This document shows, in pieces, positions 13,815 to 25,618 of a stretch of 64,000 nt of DNA; position 1 is the first letter of the stretch, and each line of letters opens with the position of its first letter. The notes under the pieces were generated by a model. It had not been told where the DNA came from, ran no database searches, and saw only the letters and a program-made list of their open reading frames with translations. Position numbers and translations under genes: made by a program. This DNA is from Marsupella aquatica (taxonomy: Eukaryota; Plantae; Marchantiophyta): assembly GCA_973895155.1 (NCBI GenBank), contig OZ316898.1:20471292-20535291 (forward strand). Reading direction: 5' to 3'.

Positions 13815-15491
13815 CTATGGTGGGGACAGGAGAGGCCCAGCAAACTTGCGGACTAGGGGCATGAGTGATGCCATGGCATCGTCAAATTCATAGCCTGACC
13901 CAGCGTCGGGTTGCTCAGAATCACTGGAAATGTTGACAAGCTGATTGCAGGTCGTCATCTGGGGATTCGTAATGCCGTGGAAATGGTGGACTCGGGCAAC
14001 TGAGGCATTGAAATTGATGCCTTCTCCATCGTCGATCATCGCCACTCTATGAACTCCCGAAATGAACACCTTACGAGGATTCACAACATACTTGCGTCGG
14101 CCCGGCGATCCAATGCACATCCAGGGATCCTCGTCGTCGTGTGTGCACTCGGGGCTCTTGTTGCGCCATAGCAAGCGCTCGAGCTGCCACAATTCTCCAC
14201 CGAACTTTTGTTGTTTTTCTGCATTTTGGTTTAAAGTTGACATTGTGCAGTGGCCTGTGGAGAATGGTAAGTTTCCAAACGTCATCCACGGCTTGTCTCG
14301 ATGTTCGTCGAGCAGACCGGGCAGCGTGTTTGGGGCGGGGACGTAGAGCAGCTCGTCGAGATCGTGAAAGAAGGTCCATTGAGCGGTGAATCTGGTTCTG
14401 TGGATGCAGTCGTTGATGAAGAGGAGCTGGTTCCGGTACCAGCTCGGGTACGCTTCTCCTCCTCCCGCTTCGATGAGGGTGAGCAATCCGGCTTTGATCC
14501 ATGGTGCCAGCATCTGTCTCGCTTCCGAGTTCAATGCCTCCACGAGGTAGAAGTAGAAGTGAGCCTTTCCTTCCCAGAGATAATGGTGATACGCCAGCCA
14601 CTTCGGTATCCAGTCTAGGTTATGAGCAGTCCCGTACACTGGCGGTCCGCAGAACGCATACTTGTTGGGGAAATCCGGTTCCGCCAACGTCGACGACTCA
14701 GACTCGGAATCCTTCTGCTGCAGCCATGATTTGCTTCTCTCGCTAACCTCTCCGGGCTTCTCTCGGAACACATCCTCAACCACGTAGTTTGGGCCCCAGA
14801 AGACCGGGCCTCTCGAGACATGCAGACGGAGAACGCCCCCTTCCCCGTCCGCACCGACGGACTGGTTGAAAGTGCAGTTGACAACGGCGGGCACGTAAAC
14901 CATCCAGTTCTCGTCCATTGCCATGTACAAGGAGTTTGCTCCTGTGACGACCGCTGCTCCTTGTTGATCGTCGGGAGATGTCTGTTGTTGTGCTCCATCG
15001 GTGCCGATGTAGCTTTCGTTCCTGGGATCCCACTCGCATCTGAACACTGGCTGCTCGTTCTCATACTTGCGAACTATGACCGACGTGATTCCGAGGACGT
15101 AGAAAGTGTTCAGCGTGTGCCTGTAGACGCTGAAGAGAACCAGGGGATGGTTGGCGTAGCTTAGAGGCTTGAACGCCGCATGACCGGGACTGATCCTGGT
15201 CTCTTCAGGCGCAGAGGCAGACGCAACGGTAGGTGCTCGGGTAGGTGTAGGGCAATCGGCGCCTTGCGAACAACAGGAGACCGGTGACGATCCGATCTCG
15301 ACGTTCAACTCGGGTCTTGCTATGTTCGAGGAACCGAGTGACTGGCCTGCTGCTGCAGCTCTGGAGATCAGGATGTTTCCTTGTTCTCTCCATTGAGCTA
15401 ACTTCGAGATGGCAAGGAAGAGCGGTAATTGAAGCACAAGCACTCCCATTACGAACAGAATTGGTCCCACGACATCCCTGGCCTTCTTCAT
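13815..15491 (-). CDS. Glycosyltransferase family 92 (DUF23), galactan beta-1,4-galactosyltransferase (GALS)-like, single exon, 558 aa
   Basis: Intact ORF with N-terminal TM anchor; motifs FCGPPVYG, WLAYH, HFYFY, YRNQLLFINDCIHR, WTFFHDLDE (DxD) and RRKYVVNPRKVFISGVH typical of plant GT92. Confidence 0.9.
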   Translation of the reverse strand: MKKARDVVGPILFVMGVLVLQLPLFLAISKLAQWREQGNILISRAAAAGQSLGSSNIARPELNVEIGSSPVSCCSQGADCPTPTRAPTVASASAPEETRISPGHAAFKPLSYANHPLVLFSVYRHTLNTFYVLGITSVIVRKYENEQPVFRCEWDPRNESYIGTDGAQQQTSPDDQQGAAVVTGANSLYMAMDENWMVYVPAVVNCTFNQSVGADGEGGVLRLHVSRGPVFWGPNYVVEDVFREKPGEVSERSKSWLQQKDSESESSTLAEPDFPNKYAFCGPPVYGTAHNLDWIPKWLAYHHYLWEGKAHFYFYLVEALNSEARQMLAPWIKAGLLTLIEAGGGEAYPSWYRNQLLFINDCIHRTRFTAQWTFFHDLDELLYVPAPNTLPGLLDEHRDKPWMTFGNLPFSTGHCTMSTLNQNAEKQQKFGGELWQLERLLWRNKSPECTHDDEDPWMCIGSPGRRKYVVNPRKVFISGVHRVAMIDDGEGINFNASVARVHHFHGITNPQMTTCNQLVNISSDSEQPDAGSGYEFDDAMASLMPLVRKFAGPLLSPP

Positions 15492-17892
15492 TATTTACCA
15501 ATCGTACAACTTTACAGGAAACTCTAGAGTCCTTACTCCGATCGAATTACGGAGTATAAGAATTCAACAAGCTTTGAAACGGCAATGAAGAGACCCACTT
15601 GAAAGACATGTATTCCAATGACGAAAATAATCGTGGGCATGCACGACTTCCCTTCAGTTGCCTTCTTTATGACTAACCGAATGAAGCCAAAAGAATCGTG
15701 AGTTTTTAACTACAGAATACGCTGTTCCGGTGATATGTTGCAAAGTAGCCGTGTCAATGTCTGCATGCTCGCCATTACGTACGACGGCGTATCCGGCCGC
15801 TTTGTAGTTGTGTTCCATCTGCAGGCTCCATAAACTAGTCCACGGAATCGAAATTAATGGATTTCCGTCATCCAAGTTTCCAAAGTGGCATTCTGCTGCA
15901 GACTCCTGCACTCAACGCGACCACATAATCTAATTATTTAGCAATCTTACACAAATTCACAATCTAGACCTTCCTCAAATCTCCAGGAGAAGTGGTAATT
16001 AAGGGGAGACGCGGAGCACTGCTTCCAAACTCGATCATTTCTGGGAATCGGCAACAAAACCTCTGTAGGGAAGGATTATGAACACACAGCGAGATAATTA
16101 AGATGCAAGCACCCAGGTAAAACCGGAGCGATCACAGCCTAACTGTTGAGGGAAACTAACGACAGTGGTCATTCACATAATGAAGCTCCTCGTCGAAAGG
16201 AAGGAGGGGCTAGCAATTTCTCCAGCTGAATCTAAGTTATGGACGTACCGGAGAAAGAACGTATGCGCCAATTGAGAACTGAGCTTTGCGGCAGACACAA
16301 CTCTTAAGTCATCAGGCCTGTCGTTCGCAAACCTTTGAATGTACGTTACGAAACGAAGGACGGTTAATTCTCGAGGGCTATGGAAGTATGGAGAGCCACA
16401 GCAGCGGCGCTCTAGACAGCTCGTTACAGTGATGCTGCATTCCAGCGCAGGCCTTCAATTTATTCATTGGGAAACGCTGATCGAAAGTTCGGTGATCTAG
16501 AGGGACATGCCGGCCGATCGATCCACTCGCACTCGTTGAACTCACTGGTCGGGTCATATTCGACGAGTGCGACTTCACCTAAACTACGTGAAAACGACAA
16601 CTCCACTCTTAAAGCACTCGCCTTCAAGCGTTGAACGTGAGCGTTGCGGCACGCCTGCTGTGCTCGATCACGTTGCGTTACTTTGTAATCAAACTGGAAT
16701 AGTGGAATCAGAATGAGCATGTTTGGTACGAGGTTTCCAGGTGGTCGTGACTTCTTGGCATGCAAAGCCTTGAATCCTCAGTCGTTATCTTGTATTTCGG
16801 CCGCTGCCTCTTATTATTAGCGACGAATAACTGTCGTTCAACTTCGTGTGGTAAGACACTCGTCCATAAGTGGCATGACCCCCGCCTAACTGCCATTATG
16901 AGCATTACGGTAAAACATAAGGTATCTGTTTGATGGACCCACTGGCTGGAAACGTTTGCATTGATTGACGGATCCCACTAAAATTTCACTACTGTTTGGA
17001 ACCTCCTTACAAATGAAGTACAATCAGTTCTTCCAAATTGCCATAGTTTACTACAGCTTTTCCCTCCTTTTTGATTTTGGGGCTTGGCAAGTAGAGGCAC
17101 ATTGCTTCTGCATGCCATTATATTTGCTCTGTTCTCGTGGGTTTAGGTGGAGTCGCCTTTTCTCTAGGCAGGCACAAGGTTTTGGGGGTAAAGGGCGGAG
17201 GCCATGGTGATCATGGATTTTTTGGAGAGGCTAGTTTACGATGACTGTGGAGTGATACTGAAGGATGCAGCGAGTAAGAGCCGGGACGCCTCATTTGAAT
17301 TGTTTTCTGAGATTTTCTCGGATCTTTTTGGGGACTGAGAGTTTAGGGCTAGGTTCAATGAGACTGGGAGTAGGGATTACAGGTGTGTGTCATCATAATC
17401 ATATCTTCTCCAGGGACTGAGGGGTGTACGAGGGGTGTACAAATATTGTAGTAGGGAGTATGGTTTCTCCTCACACTCCCTACTAAACTCCAGGGGTCCC
17501 CTTGTCCCTGCATGGTAAGAGTGCAGGGCATTCTCATTAGCTCTAGAGTTAAATTCATATATTTAAAATACTATATACACTTTGGCTCCCTGCCCCTGGC
17601 CCATGCAACCTAGCTTTCAAGACTTGAAGTTTGCTGCAGTTAAGGGCAAAGGTTGAGGAGAGAGGTGGTTCAAGTGGTACCACCACGAGTGGTAGTTTCA
17701 GTTTGTGGTTAAGTGGGAAACAGGGGAGTTTATATACTCGGGCCCCATAAGTAGCCCTCTAAACCTTTTTAAGTAAAGACTACTAAATTCTCTTTGTAAG
17801 TTGTGATGAATGAAACTGAATAATGATGGGTTTTGCAAAATTGGTTCATCTTAGTTCATCTTAGTCTGCAAAACTATCTCAAAACCGGCCAG

Positions 17893-18678
17893 GGTAAATG
17901 GCCAAAGTGGACTTTTTTGTAGACAGGATGGATTTTGTCTTTATATGATTATTCACACATTTTTCTGGGTTCCTAGACTTTTTGGCCAAGAACACATTCA
18001 GGTACAGTAAATGGGCAAAAGGCTTTTCACATCATCATCATTGTGTTGCCTTCATCATGTGACACTTAGCACAATTTTCAGCAGCTAGACTCTGTGATCA
18101 AGAACCTATTCAGCAGGGTCAATGATCAAAAGCGGACCTTTTAGAAAGCAATGTCATGGATGTGGTCTCCACATGACTCTTCATTAGCATATGTGGGGGG
18201 CTCCTAGACTTGTTGATCAAGAACACATTCAGGTGGGGTAAATGGCCTGGCCAAAGTGGACCTTTTGGTAGACAACATGTATTTTGTCTTCACATGAACT
18301 TAGCACATTTTTGGGGGACCTTCCTAAGTAAACTTTCTTATCAAGAACACATTCAGGTGGAGTAAACTGCTAAAAGTGGACCTTTCTGGAACACAACATG
18401 GATGTTGTCTTCATCATATGACACTTAGCAGAATTTCCAGCTCCTAGGCTTCTTGATCAAAACCTTGTTCAGGTGCCACCTGGGTCAATATACGGTGAAG
18501 AGTGGACCTTTTTGGGAGACACATGGAGGTGGTCTTCACATGACTCTAAGCAAATTTTGAGTCTATAAGACCTTTCCATCAAGAACAGATTCAGGCAGGG
18601 GTAAATGGCCAAAAGCCCAGCCAAAAGAATCCATTCATGCAGTGTCAATGGCCAAAAGTTGACCATTTTGGGAGACAA
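17893..18678. repeat. Degenerate ~120-bp tandem array (~6.5 units)
   Basis: Units beginning (G/A)GT(A/C)AA.. and ending ..TCAAGAAC..ATTCAG at about 17893, 18007, 18117, 18237, 18361, 18483 and 18600. Confidence 0.85.
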
Positions 18679-21600
18679 GATTGAGGTTCTCCAAATCAGC
18701 TGTTACAGCCCTTACAGCCCTTACCAACTTAGACATGGATGATTGAATCTAAATTATTATAGCAAAGTAATTGGCCCATACACATGCCTGGGATAGAGCT
18801 GCATGGAGTGCTTGGGGCCTCAGTGTATGTAAACTAGTGGAACCTATCTATGAATGGGCTATGAACAGACCCTCTCCCCTGTGTACCCCTTCATTGTTAT
18901 TTCCATTTATCCAATAAAAAATCCTTTCCCGTTGTTACTGATATTAATTATAAGAATTTATTCAAAATTATGGATTGAAAGCACCCTTTGAATTCCTTGT
19001 TTGCACACTCTCTCCCAGTTACACCAGCAAATTAGGGGAACATTCATTCACAAAATGACTAACTGTCAGTCATCTGCCAAGCCATTGATAGTACTTTGTA
19101 AATGACAAACTTCATCTATGTTAGAGGAAAGTAACATGTTTGGAGGGGACATCCATTAGGGTTAGTTGCCCCAAAATTTCTCAAACTAAAGTTTAGACCT
19201 TGTCCAATTTTGGCTTGGTTGGAATTCTTCAGCACCAGCATTGCAGCTCTTCCGCAATATATAGGTCAGTTAGATTTCATGTTAAATCTATACACTCCAT
19301 ACACCAAAACATAAAACAATACACTGTATTTATGATCTACAAACCAAGTGACTTGAATGACATGTGTCTTGGTTTGTGTTCTGGTTGTACGGCTCATGTA
19401 GATTTAACACACAGTGTCAGTTTAGCATCAGTGAGTGGGGCTGCTGACAGAACTTAATATATACACTGGCGGAAGGATGTTAAAGAACACTGTACCGAGC
19501 GCTGTACATATCTAGCAACTCATGATTCTTTCAAATTGACAGCCAGGCAAAGATGATAATGTGCAGGCACAATTGAATTGGGGAGCCGTTTGTTTATATG
19601 TTCACAATGGTCAAGGAGAAGCGGAGTGAAAACAACAGTGCATTGATCATGCAAACTCTAGTCTAGAAACAAAACAATCAGACCACCCTCTGATTTGTAA
19701 TGCCCAATCGGGCCCCCAATTGTATCATGTTTCTCTTTGGTGCATCTTAATTTTATGAATTTCTGAGGGCCCACTGTCCAAAGGGCCTAGTTAAGTACTG
19801 AATAATCCATCTTTGTGGTCCGTCAAGTTCGGAAGTAGGAGGAGGGGCCAGTTAGGTCATTTTTTGTCCAAAAGATGCATATCAAAATGAACCACAAGTA
19901 TACTGAAACACAAAACCACAGAAAGGTTTAATACTAATTAAGATATGCTTGCCAAAGAAGTACGCTCAGGTGCAATATCCAGGACCTAGTTGCATAATTA
20001 TGCACCCTCAGGCTACTTCAACTTGAATCATTTAACGAAGTGGCACATTTTCTGATCTCCATGTTGGCAGCTGCAATGGATGAAAGTATATTGAAGTATC
20101 ATCGCAGAATGCCTCAAATACCACGGTGAGATGCAATTTAGCGGAGGAAAAAGCTCTATTTGATCTCCTTTGGAGCCACTATACTTGACAAAGAAGTAGA
20201 TAGACCATTGCAACCTACTGTCACTGGACGGACTACCTTGAAACGCAACTTGTTTATTCACGGACCTGTCCTCTGTACTTGTCATGGGTGGCACGGAATA
20301 CTTGGTCCTTCAAAATATTTTGCCTAGCATCAACTTTAGAGTGGACAGTGGATAAGTGCAGAGTGTAAAGTGTAAGGTGGTTGTGCAGTTCCTCAATAAT
20401 ACTTTTTGAAGTGCACTATATTATGCATTCCTATGGCTTTAGAAATACCAAATGCACTAATATTAAAATTTATGAATCTGGAAATTCCACAGTTTGTAAG
20501 TGCAGGTTGCCAGTCACTACACCACAAATAAACAAAGGCATTTTCAGTCTATAAGAGTACAAATGCAGTAATCAATGACTACAACACATATGCTAGAAAC
20601 ATGTATTGATAAGTGCAACAAGTCTATGAGAATACAAATGCATTAATTAATGACTAAAACACATGTGCTAGAAACATGTATTATTTGATAAGTGCAACAG
20701 AAAACTACACGCTGCAGTTTCATGCACTTATCCAGCTGAATTGTGCACTAACAGTATTCTGGGTATGAGAATTCAATGGGTATAACCTGACAAGAAATTT
20801 GTGGAAGAGCATAAGTTTTGTGGAAGAGCATAAGTTACTTCATAGACATTTATTGGAAAGTGCAAGAGACACATATGGAGTAGTGCAGTTACATGCACTT
20901 AGGATAAAGTGCATAATGGTGATAGCTGCAGGCACTTCCAAAAATTTACAGGTAGATAGAATCTGACAAGTACATTTCACCCCGAAGGCACCTTCCATCG
21001 TCTGCCATGATTTGAGGGAGGCTGAGTCTCCAAATCAACAATCAAATGGGACTTGAACCGTCTACCTCAGCTAAATAATTAATTAACTCCTGTGCTTCTA
21101 CAAAATTTCACGTACTTGTTTTTTAGTAGAATGGCGGCCTTGCTTCCTTACGATCGAGAATCTAAGTGCCCCATCATGCAGCGACTGATCATTGGAGGTG
21201 TTTGGATGCGACTTCTGTCATTGCTCCAGATATCGTAGATTTTAAGTCAATGTGCAAATGGCGTTCAGAAAAATGTGAGCAAGCATGATATCCACAAAAT
21301 ACCAATGAGGTTGTTGGAACCAAGGCCACAAATCTAATCCTGGGGCACGACCGTAGTGGCCACCATCGCTGTGGTTGTGGTTGTAATGGAACGGAAAGGT
21401 GAGATCGAACGCATCGACAATCTTCACTGGGACCTGATCGTGTCCTCGCTGCAATTTCTCGGCCACGACCTGGTTGAACATCTCCATTTTCATGGGATTG
21501 GATGACATATCTCGCCCGACTCCCGCTGGCGTGACAGTGGCACGCCATATCAGCGTAGGCCTTCGATCAGCTGGGAGGCTGATGTAAATCTTCATCCAAA

Positions 21601-22793
21601 AATCAATCATGAAGTCCACGGCTTCAGTGTACCCTTCGAGTGTGGGGAATGCCGCTCCGTCGTGCAACCCCGAGTTGATGATGATAGTGTCCGGCCATTT
21701 GGTGCCGTTGAAATGAGCTATCAAGAGGTTCCGATGGTCCTTGTGTTGGGCGAGGGTCGTCAGGCCCTCCCCATTACCATCCTCACTATTCGCTCCGTTG
21801 TAGAGCGAGCTGACTCGGAACAATTGAGAGTAGTTATGCAAATTCATGAATGTCATTTCGTATGTACGCGCTAGCCGATAGTCTGCCAAAGTTGCGCCGG
21901 AAGGCAGGCTCCATTCCAGGATGAAGAATGTCAGGTTCCGAATAGTATCCTGGAAGTTAGAACCACGTCATAAACCACCATCCATCCAAACAGTTCCAGG
22001 CTTCTTCTCGTGTGAAAATCTTGAAGCTACAGTGAGCAGAGTACTCCCAGCCATTGCTTTCCAGGCGGCCCACTGGACCGAAGCACCACATCTCCTCCCA
22101 CCTGTACGTAATGCTTGTCCGGTAGGCATAATTAGCGCTTGCTCGACTCCTCGGGTTTGCAACTGCTGGCGAACCAACTCCGAGTCCAGCGTCCCTGCCA
22201 TGTTGTCCGATCGAAGTCAGTTGGAGTGCACTGCTTCATGGCGGGCTTCTTGGGAGCATTGAGATGATGTTCTGCGATGACCATCTCCAGTTCTTGCATG
22301 AGTATCAAATCCTTTTTTGTCCAGGTATCTGTATACTACTATCCAGCTCCATGCCATGCCAGTTGCCGTAAAGAAGGTATATATCGAGGCTGAAGGCTCC
22401 AGCAAATCGAGACGGGACGAGCAAGTTCAGACTATAAGTCCCGTTTCCCAAGTCCGTTGTTGGGAGCCGTGATAAGTAGTGCAGACTCTCCCGATTGTGT
22501 AAATCCACCTCATAGTAATCCCCTCCAGCACATCGCTTCTCCCCATTTTCAACGTAAGCAACAAGAGTCAGACGATACGGCATATCTATTTCGAAGAAAA
22601 ATTTCCCTTCAACCGAATTTGGAAGTCCTTCCAATGTCGTAAAGTTCGTGGACAAATAATTGTAGCACTCTGAAGTCGTTGTGGCATTGGCATGGAGAAA
22701 ACTCAGCAATGTGCTTGTGTAATTGCTTGATTCCTCCACCATTGCATTGCGCCAATTTGTGTTGCGAGTGTTGTTGTCCTTGGATGACTGTCT

Positions 22794-23167
22794 TGCTGGA
22801 ATTGTTAACACCATGGACCGGCTAGGAATTGTACCTAGGACCTCCAATGTATGGACCGGTTAGGAATTGAACTTAGGAATCATTGTGCTCTACCACTGAG
22901 CTACAGGCCCTTCATGCCTGCATCCCTCATCAGTTTGAGTGATCGAGGTTCGAGGTTCATTTCCAACACCCTCCCTTGTCTGAGCCACACTCATTACAAG
23001 GGAAACTCCTGATCTTTGGCTCTGATACCATGCTGGAATTGTCAATAGCATGGACCGGCTAGGAATTGAACCTAGGACCTCCAATGTACATCACAGTGCT
23101 CTACCACTGAGCTACAGACCCTTGATGCTTGCATCCCTCATCAGTTGAGTGAGGTTCATTTCCAACA
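22794..23167 (-). mobile_element. TRIM (non-autonomous miniature LTR retrotransposon) with tRNA-like cassette in both LTRs
   Basis: 5' LTR 23031-23167 and 3' LTR 22794-22968, both TGTTGGAA...TTCCAGCA on the - strand. PBS TGGTATCAGAGCCA (iMet) 23017-23030; PPT AAGGGAGGG 22969-22977; 5-bp TSD TGTCT at 22789-22793 and 23168-23172. Confidence 0.95.
23051..23121 (-). ncRNA. tRNA-like Pol III cassette within the TRIM 5' LTR (not a bona fide tRNA gene)
   Basis: GGGTCTGTAGCTCAGTGGTAGAGCACTGTGATGTACATTGGAGGTCCTAGGTTCAATTCCTAGCCGGTCCA. A box TAGCTCAGTGG, B box GGTTCAATTCC, perfect D and T stems, irregular anticodon arm. Confidence 0.8.
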
Positions 23168-24107
23168 TGTCTCCACCACTCACCGAAACTTATAAGCTGG
23201 CTGTTCTGCCTATTTGATGAAACCTTGAGAAGAACTACACTGCATGTGATGGCCAGGAGAAATGCATAGGAAGCGACGATTGTCCAGAATTTATTGTTTG
23301 TTCCAAGTCCACAAACACAGTCATTGAGTACCATTTTTAAAATGCCCTTTTCTCGTTTCTCCACGGATAACTTCGTTGGCTGGTCCTTACTACTGCAGTA
23401 GTAAACAAGCCGGTTGGATCTTACTACTGCAGTTTTAAACAAATGCTCTTGATCCGACACCTCTTCACAAATAGATCTTTTTCACAAGTCAATCTAATTT
23501 AAAACTAGTGCTTGAATCGCTTGAATACAAGTGAGTCGTTCCAGTACTGCTTACCAATTAAATAAATATTCAATAATTCTGAAACAGGTGCTCATAGTAA
23601 TTAACTGATCCAGTGAAATTTAAGTTGCAAGCTGCCATTTGGTATATGGCAATACAGACAGGGGAGTGGTCCATTCAGTGTTGGTCAAGGTGCTCAAGCC
23701 CACAATTATGGACGATCAACCTGTACGTAGGTTGCCGCTTATCACAAGCTATCTGGATGGGCAATTCCCAGACCACCAAGATCCAAGATGGAAGGACAAC
23801 GGATCGATTGGCATACTGTGACGGGGCCAATGCCCCTAGAGAATGATTTTAAAGGGTATTAGTGACGCACAAATGTAAATAGGTAGATTTGTGTCATGTT
23901 TTTTTTGCTTTTGTTTTCTTACAACCTCGTTGGAGACAGTTTACGCAAAATAGATGTGGGGAGTTGTTGCTATTTTTTATGTCCTCTTGAGTTCAGTTAC
24001 TGGCCAAGCCTCAGGGAAAGAAGATCGGCCGCTTGCCGGTGCAAGACAAGGCACGTAGCCTAGTGCCGCCTTTTGGGGACTTGCCTAATTTTTGATTTGT
24101 ATCCATT

Positions 24108-25618
24108 TGTAAGCGGCCCTAGTATTAAGATAATGATGGGCCAGTTGAAATGTGTGCTCAAGTGGCCAAACACCACTTTGACCCTGGCCAGGAAGAGAGG
24201 GAAAAGGAGCTTTGGAGTGGGCCAGACACAAAAGTATTAAAAAACAATAAATTTAAAGGAGCCTTGGCCATTTGGGGACCCCGGCCAAGAGTATCCTTGC
24301 ACCGGGGGAAGGACCCAAAAGAGCCCCGGCCACCGGGGGGCAAGCCCAAGGAGACCCCAGCCAGGAGGACAGTGAGGGTTCCAGTGGCCAATCCGTAGAT
24401 GAGTATCTTACTACAAGCGAGCAGTTAGATGAAGGTTAGTATGAGAGCCTTACGGACCTTGGCCACACAAAAGTCAAATTCTCAATCTTCTCAAAATCAA
24501 GAACTTATAGGCTTATTGGAAGGAGCTCGCCGAGCTGAATCCAACAAGGTTAGACACGCCCCAAACGGAGTTAAAATGAGGGAGATACAAACCTGAGGGT
24601 TTTTATGAAGAGTTGGGGTCCAACACCGAACAGACGTCCGTACACCCTTCAGGTGAGTGACCCCGGCCAATTCCCGGCATGTGGCCTTGGCCAGGGTACC
24701 TCATCTGATGTCGTGATGGGAGGCCGGGACCATACGGACGACCTGGAAGTGACGGTGGCCGAGGTAGAACCCAAGACTCGGTAAGCCATATCTCGGGCGT
24801 CTGATTTCCGTTTTGGGAGCCATTTTTGGGGTTACGATCAGGATGGCAGTGGCTATTCATGAAAGTTCTCAGGACCAGATTTTGAGCAACTTCTACTTTC
24901 GACAATTTTCATGGCCAGGGTAGTGGGAGGCGGAGGCACCCACGTAGTAGGAAGTCAGACCATGGCCTATGTAGGACTTAGTCTAGTTTTGAATTAGTTA
25001 TTGTGGTAGCCAACAAATTCACCGTTTTCCGCCTATAGGTAGCAATAGGGTTAGGAGTGCATATGTGACATGCCGCATGTGCAAAAAACTTTTAGGTTAG
25101 AGACGCCGCCAGTGGATGGCGGTCAACCAGGGCAGTGGCCGTCGCCACACCCCCTAGGGCTTGTGTGTTCACGCATTGTTTTTTATTTAACCAGTAGCCC
25201 CTGGTAGTAGCAGGGGAACTCAATCTAGTGTTGTTTTTGTGAGGATTAACAATAGGGAATTGATCCGGAGCATTGAGGTGGAGAGGTGTTCATTGTCCCG
25301 TGAGGCAGGAGTTGGGTAGACGGCAGGAGGCCGGGTTGCCCATGCATGCACTGTGTTACCTTGGTCACTAAAAGATATAGATTTGGTTGGATTTTCATGA
25401 ATTCTTGTGTGGTGTTCTCTCTCTTTGTTGCACGATTGTGTTCTTCCCCTCGCATGAATATTTAGAGAAACTTACATAGTTTAGTCGACCCTGTGAGTGG
25501 GAGAGTGGTGACAGCACTTTGCCAAAGGCTAGCTAGGAGGAGTAGGAACAAGATAGTCCACATGACTTGATCAAAAGCAAAATATACGTGTAGTCGATAG
25601 ACTTGATCAAAAAATACA
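24108..25618 (+). mobile_element. Probable LTR-retrotransposon LTR remnant (solo-LTR-like)
   Basis: Starts TGTAAG and ends TACA; TATA-like box followed by GGGGAACTCA; the 3' part is similar to 27600-28170. No clean TSD found, so boundaries are uncertain. Confidence 0.5.

Larger units (their letters stand above)
21242..23334 (-). pseudogene. NXPE/PC-esterase (SGNH-like O-acyltransferase/esterase) family gene, intronless, disrupted by a TRIM, frameshifts and a stop
   Basis: Reconstructed protein: TM anchor, RCAGGDYYEVDL, DLGNGTYSL, WQGRWTR, ESNGWEYSAHCSF, (G)DSNFQDTIRN, INSGLHD, WRAT, DGGHYGR. Frameshifts near 22330, 22100 and 21962; in-frame TAA at 22132-22134. Confidence 0.85.

Noticed and set aside
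14062-15559. Overlapping and antisense ORFs within the GT92 gene, and similar short ORFs across GCN1
   Set aside because: Shadows of GC-rich coding sequence or exon-plus-intron read-through, with no independent protein signal.
23051-23121. Functional tRNA gene
   Set aside because: The anticodon arm is irregular, the acceptor stem has a mismatch, and the sequence is duplicated as part of paired LTRs.
23120-23167. Hammerhead ribozyme (retrozyme) in the LTR, suggested by CTGATGAG and GAAA on the - strand
   Set aside because: Could not build stems I-III with a correctly placed UH cleavage site.
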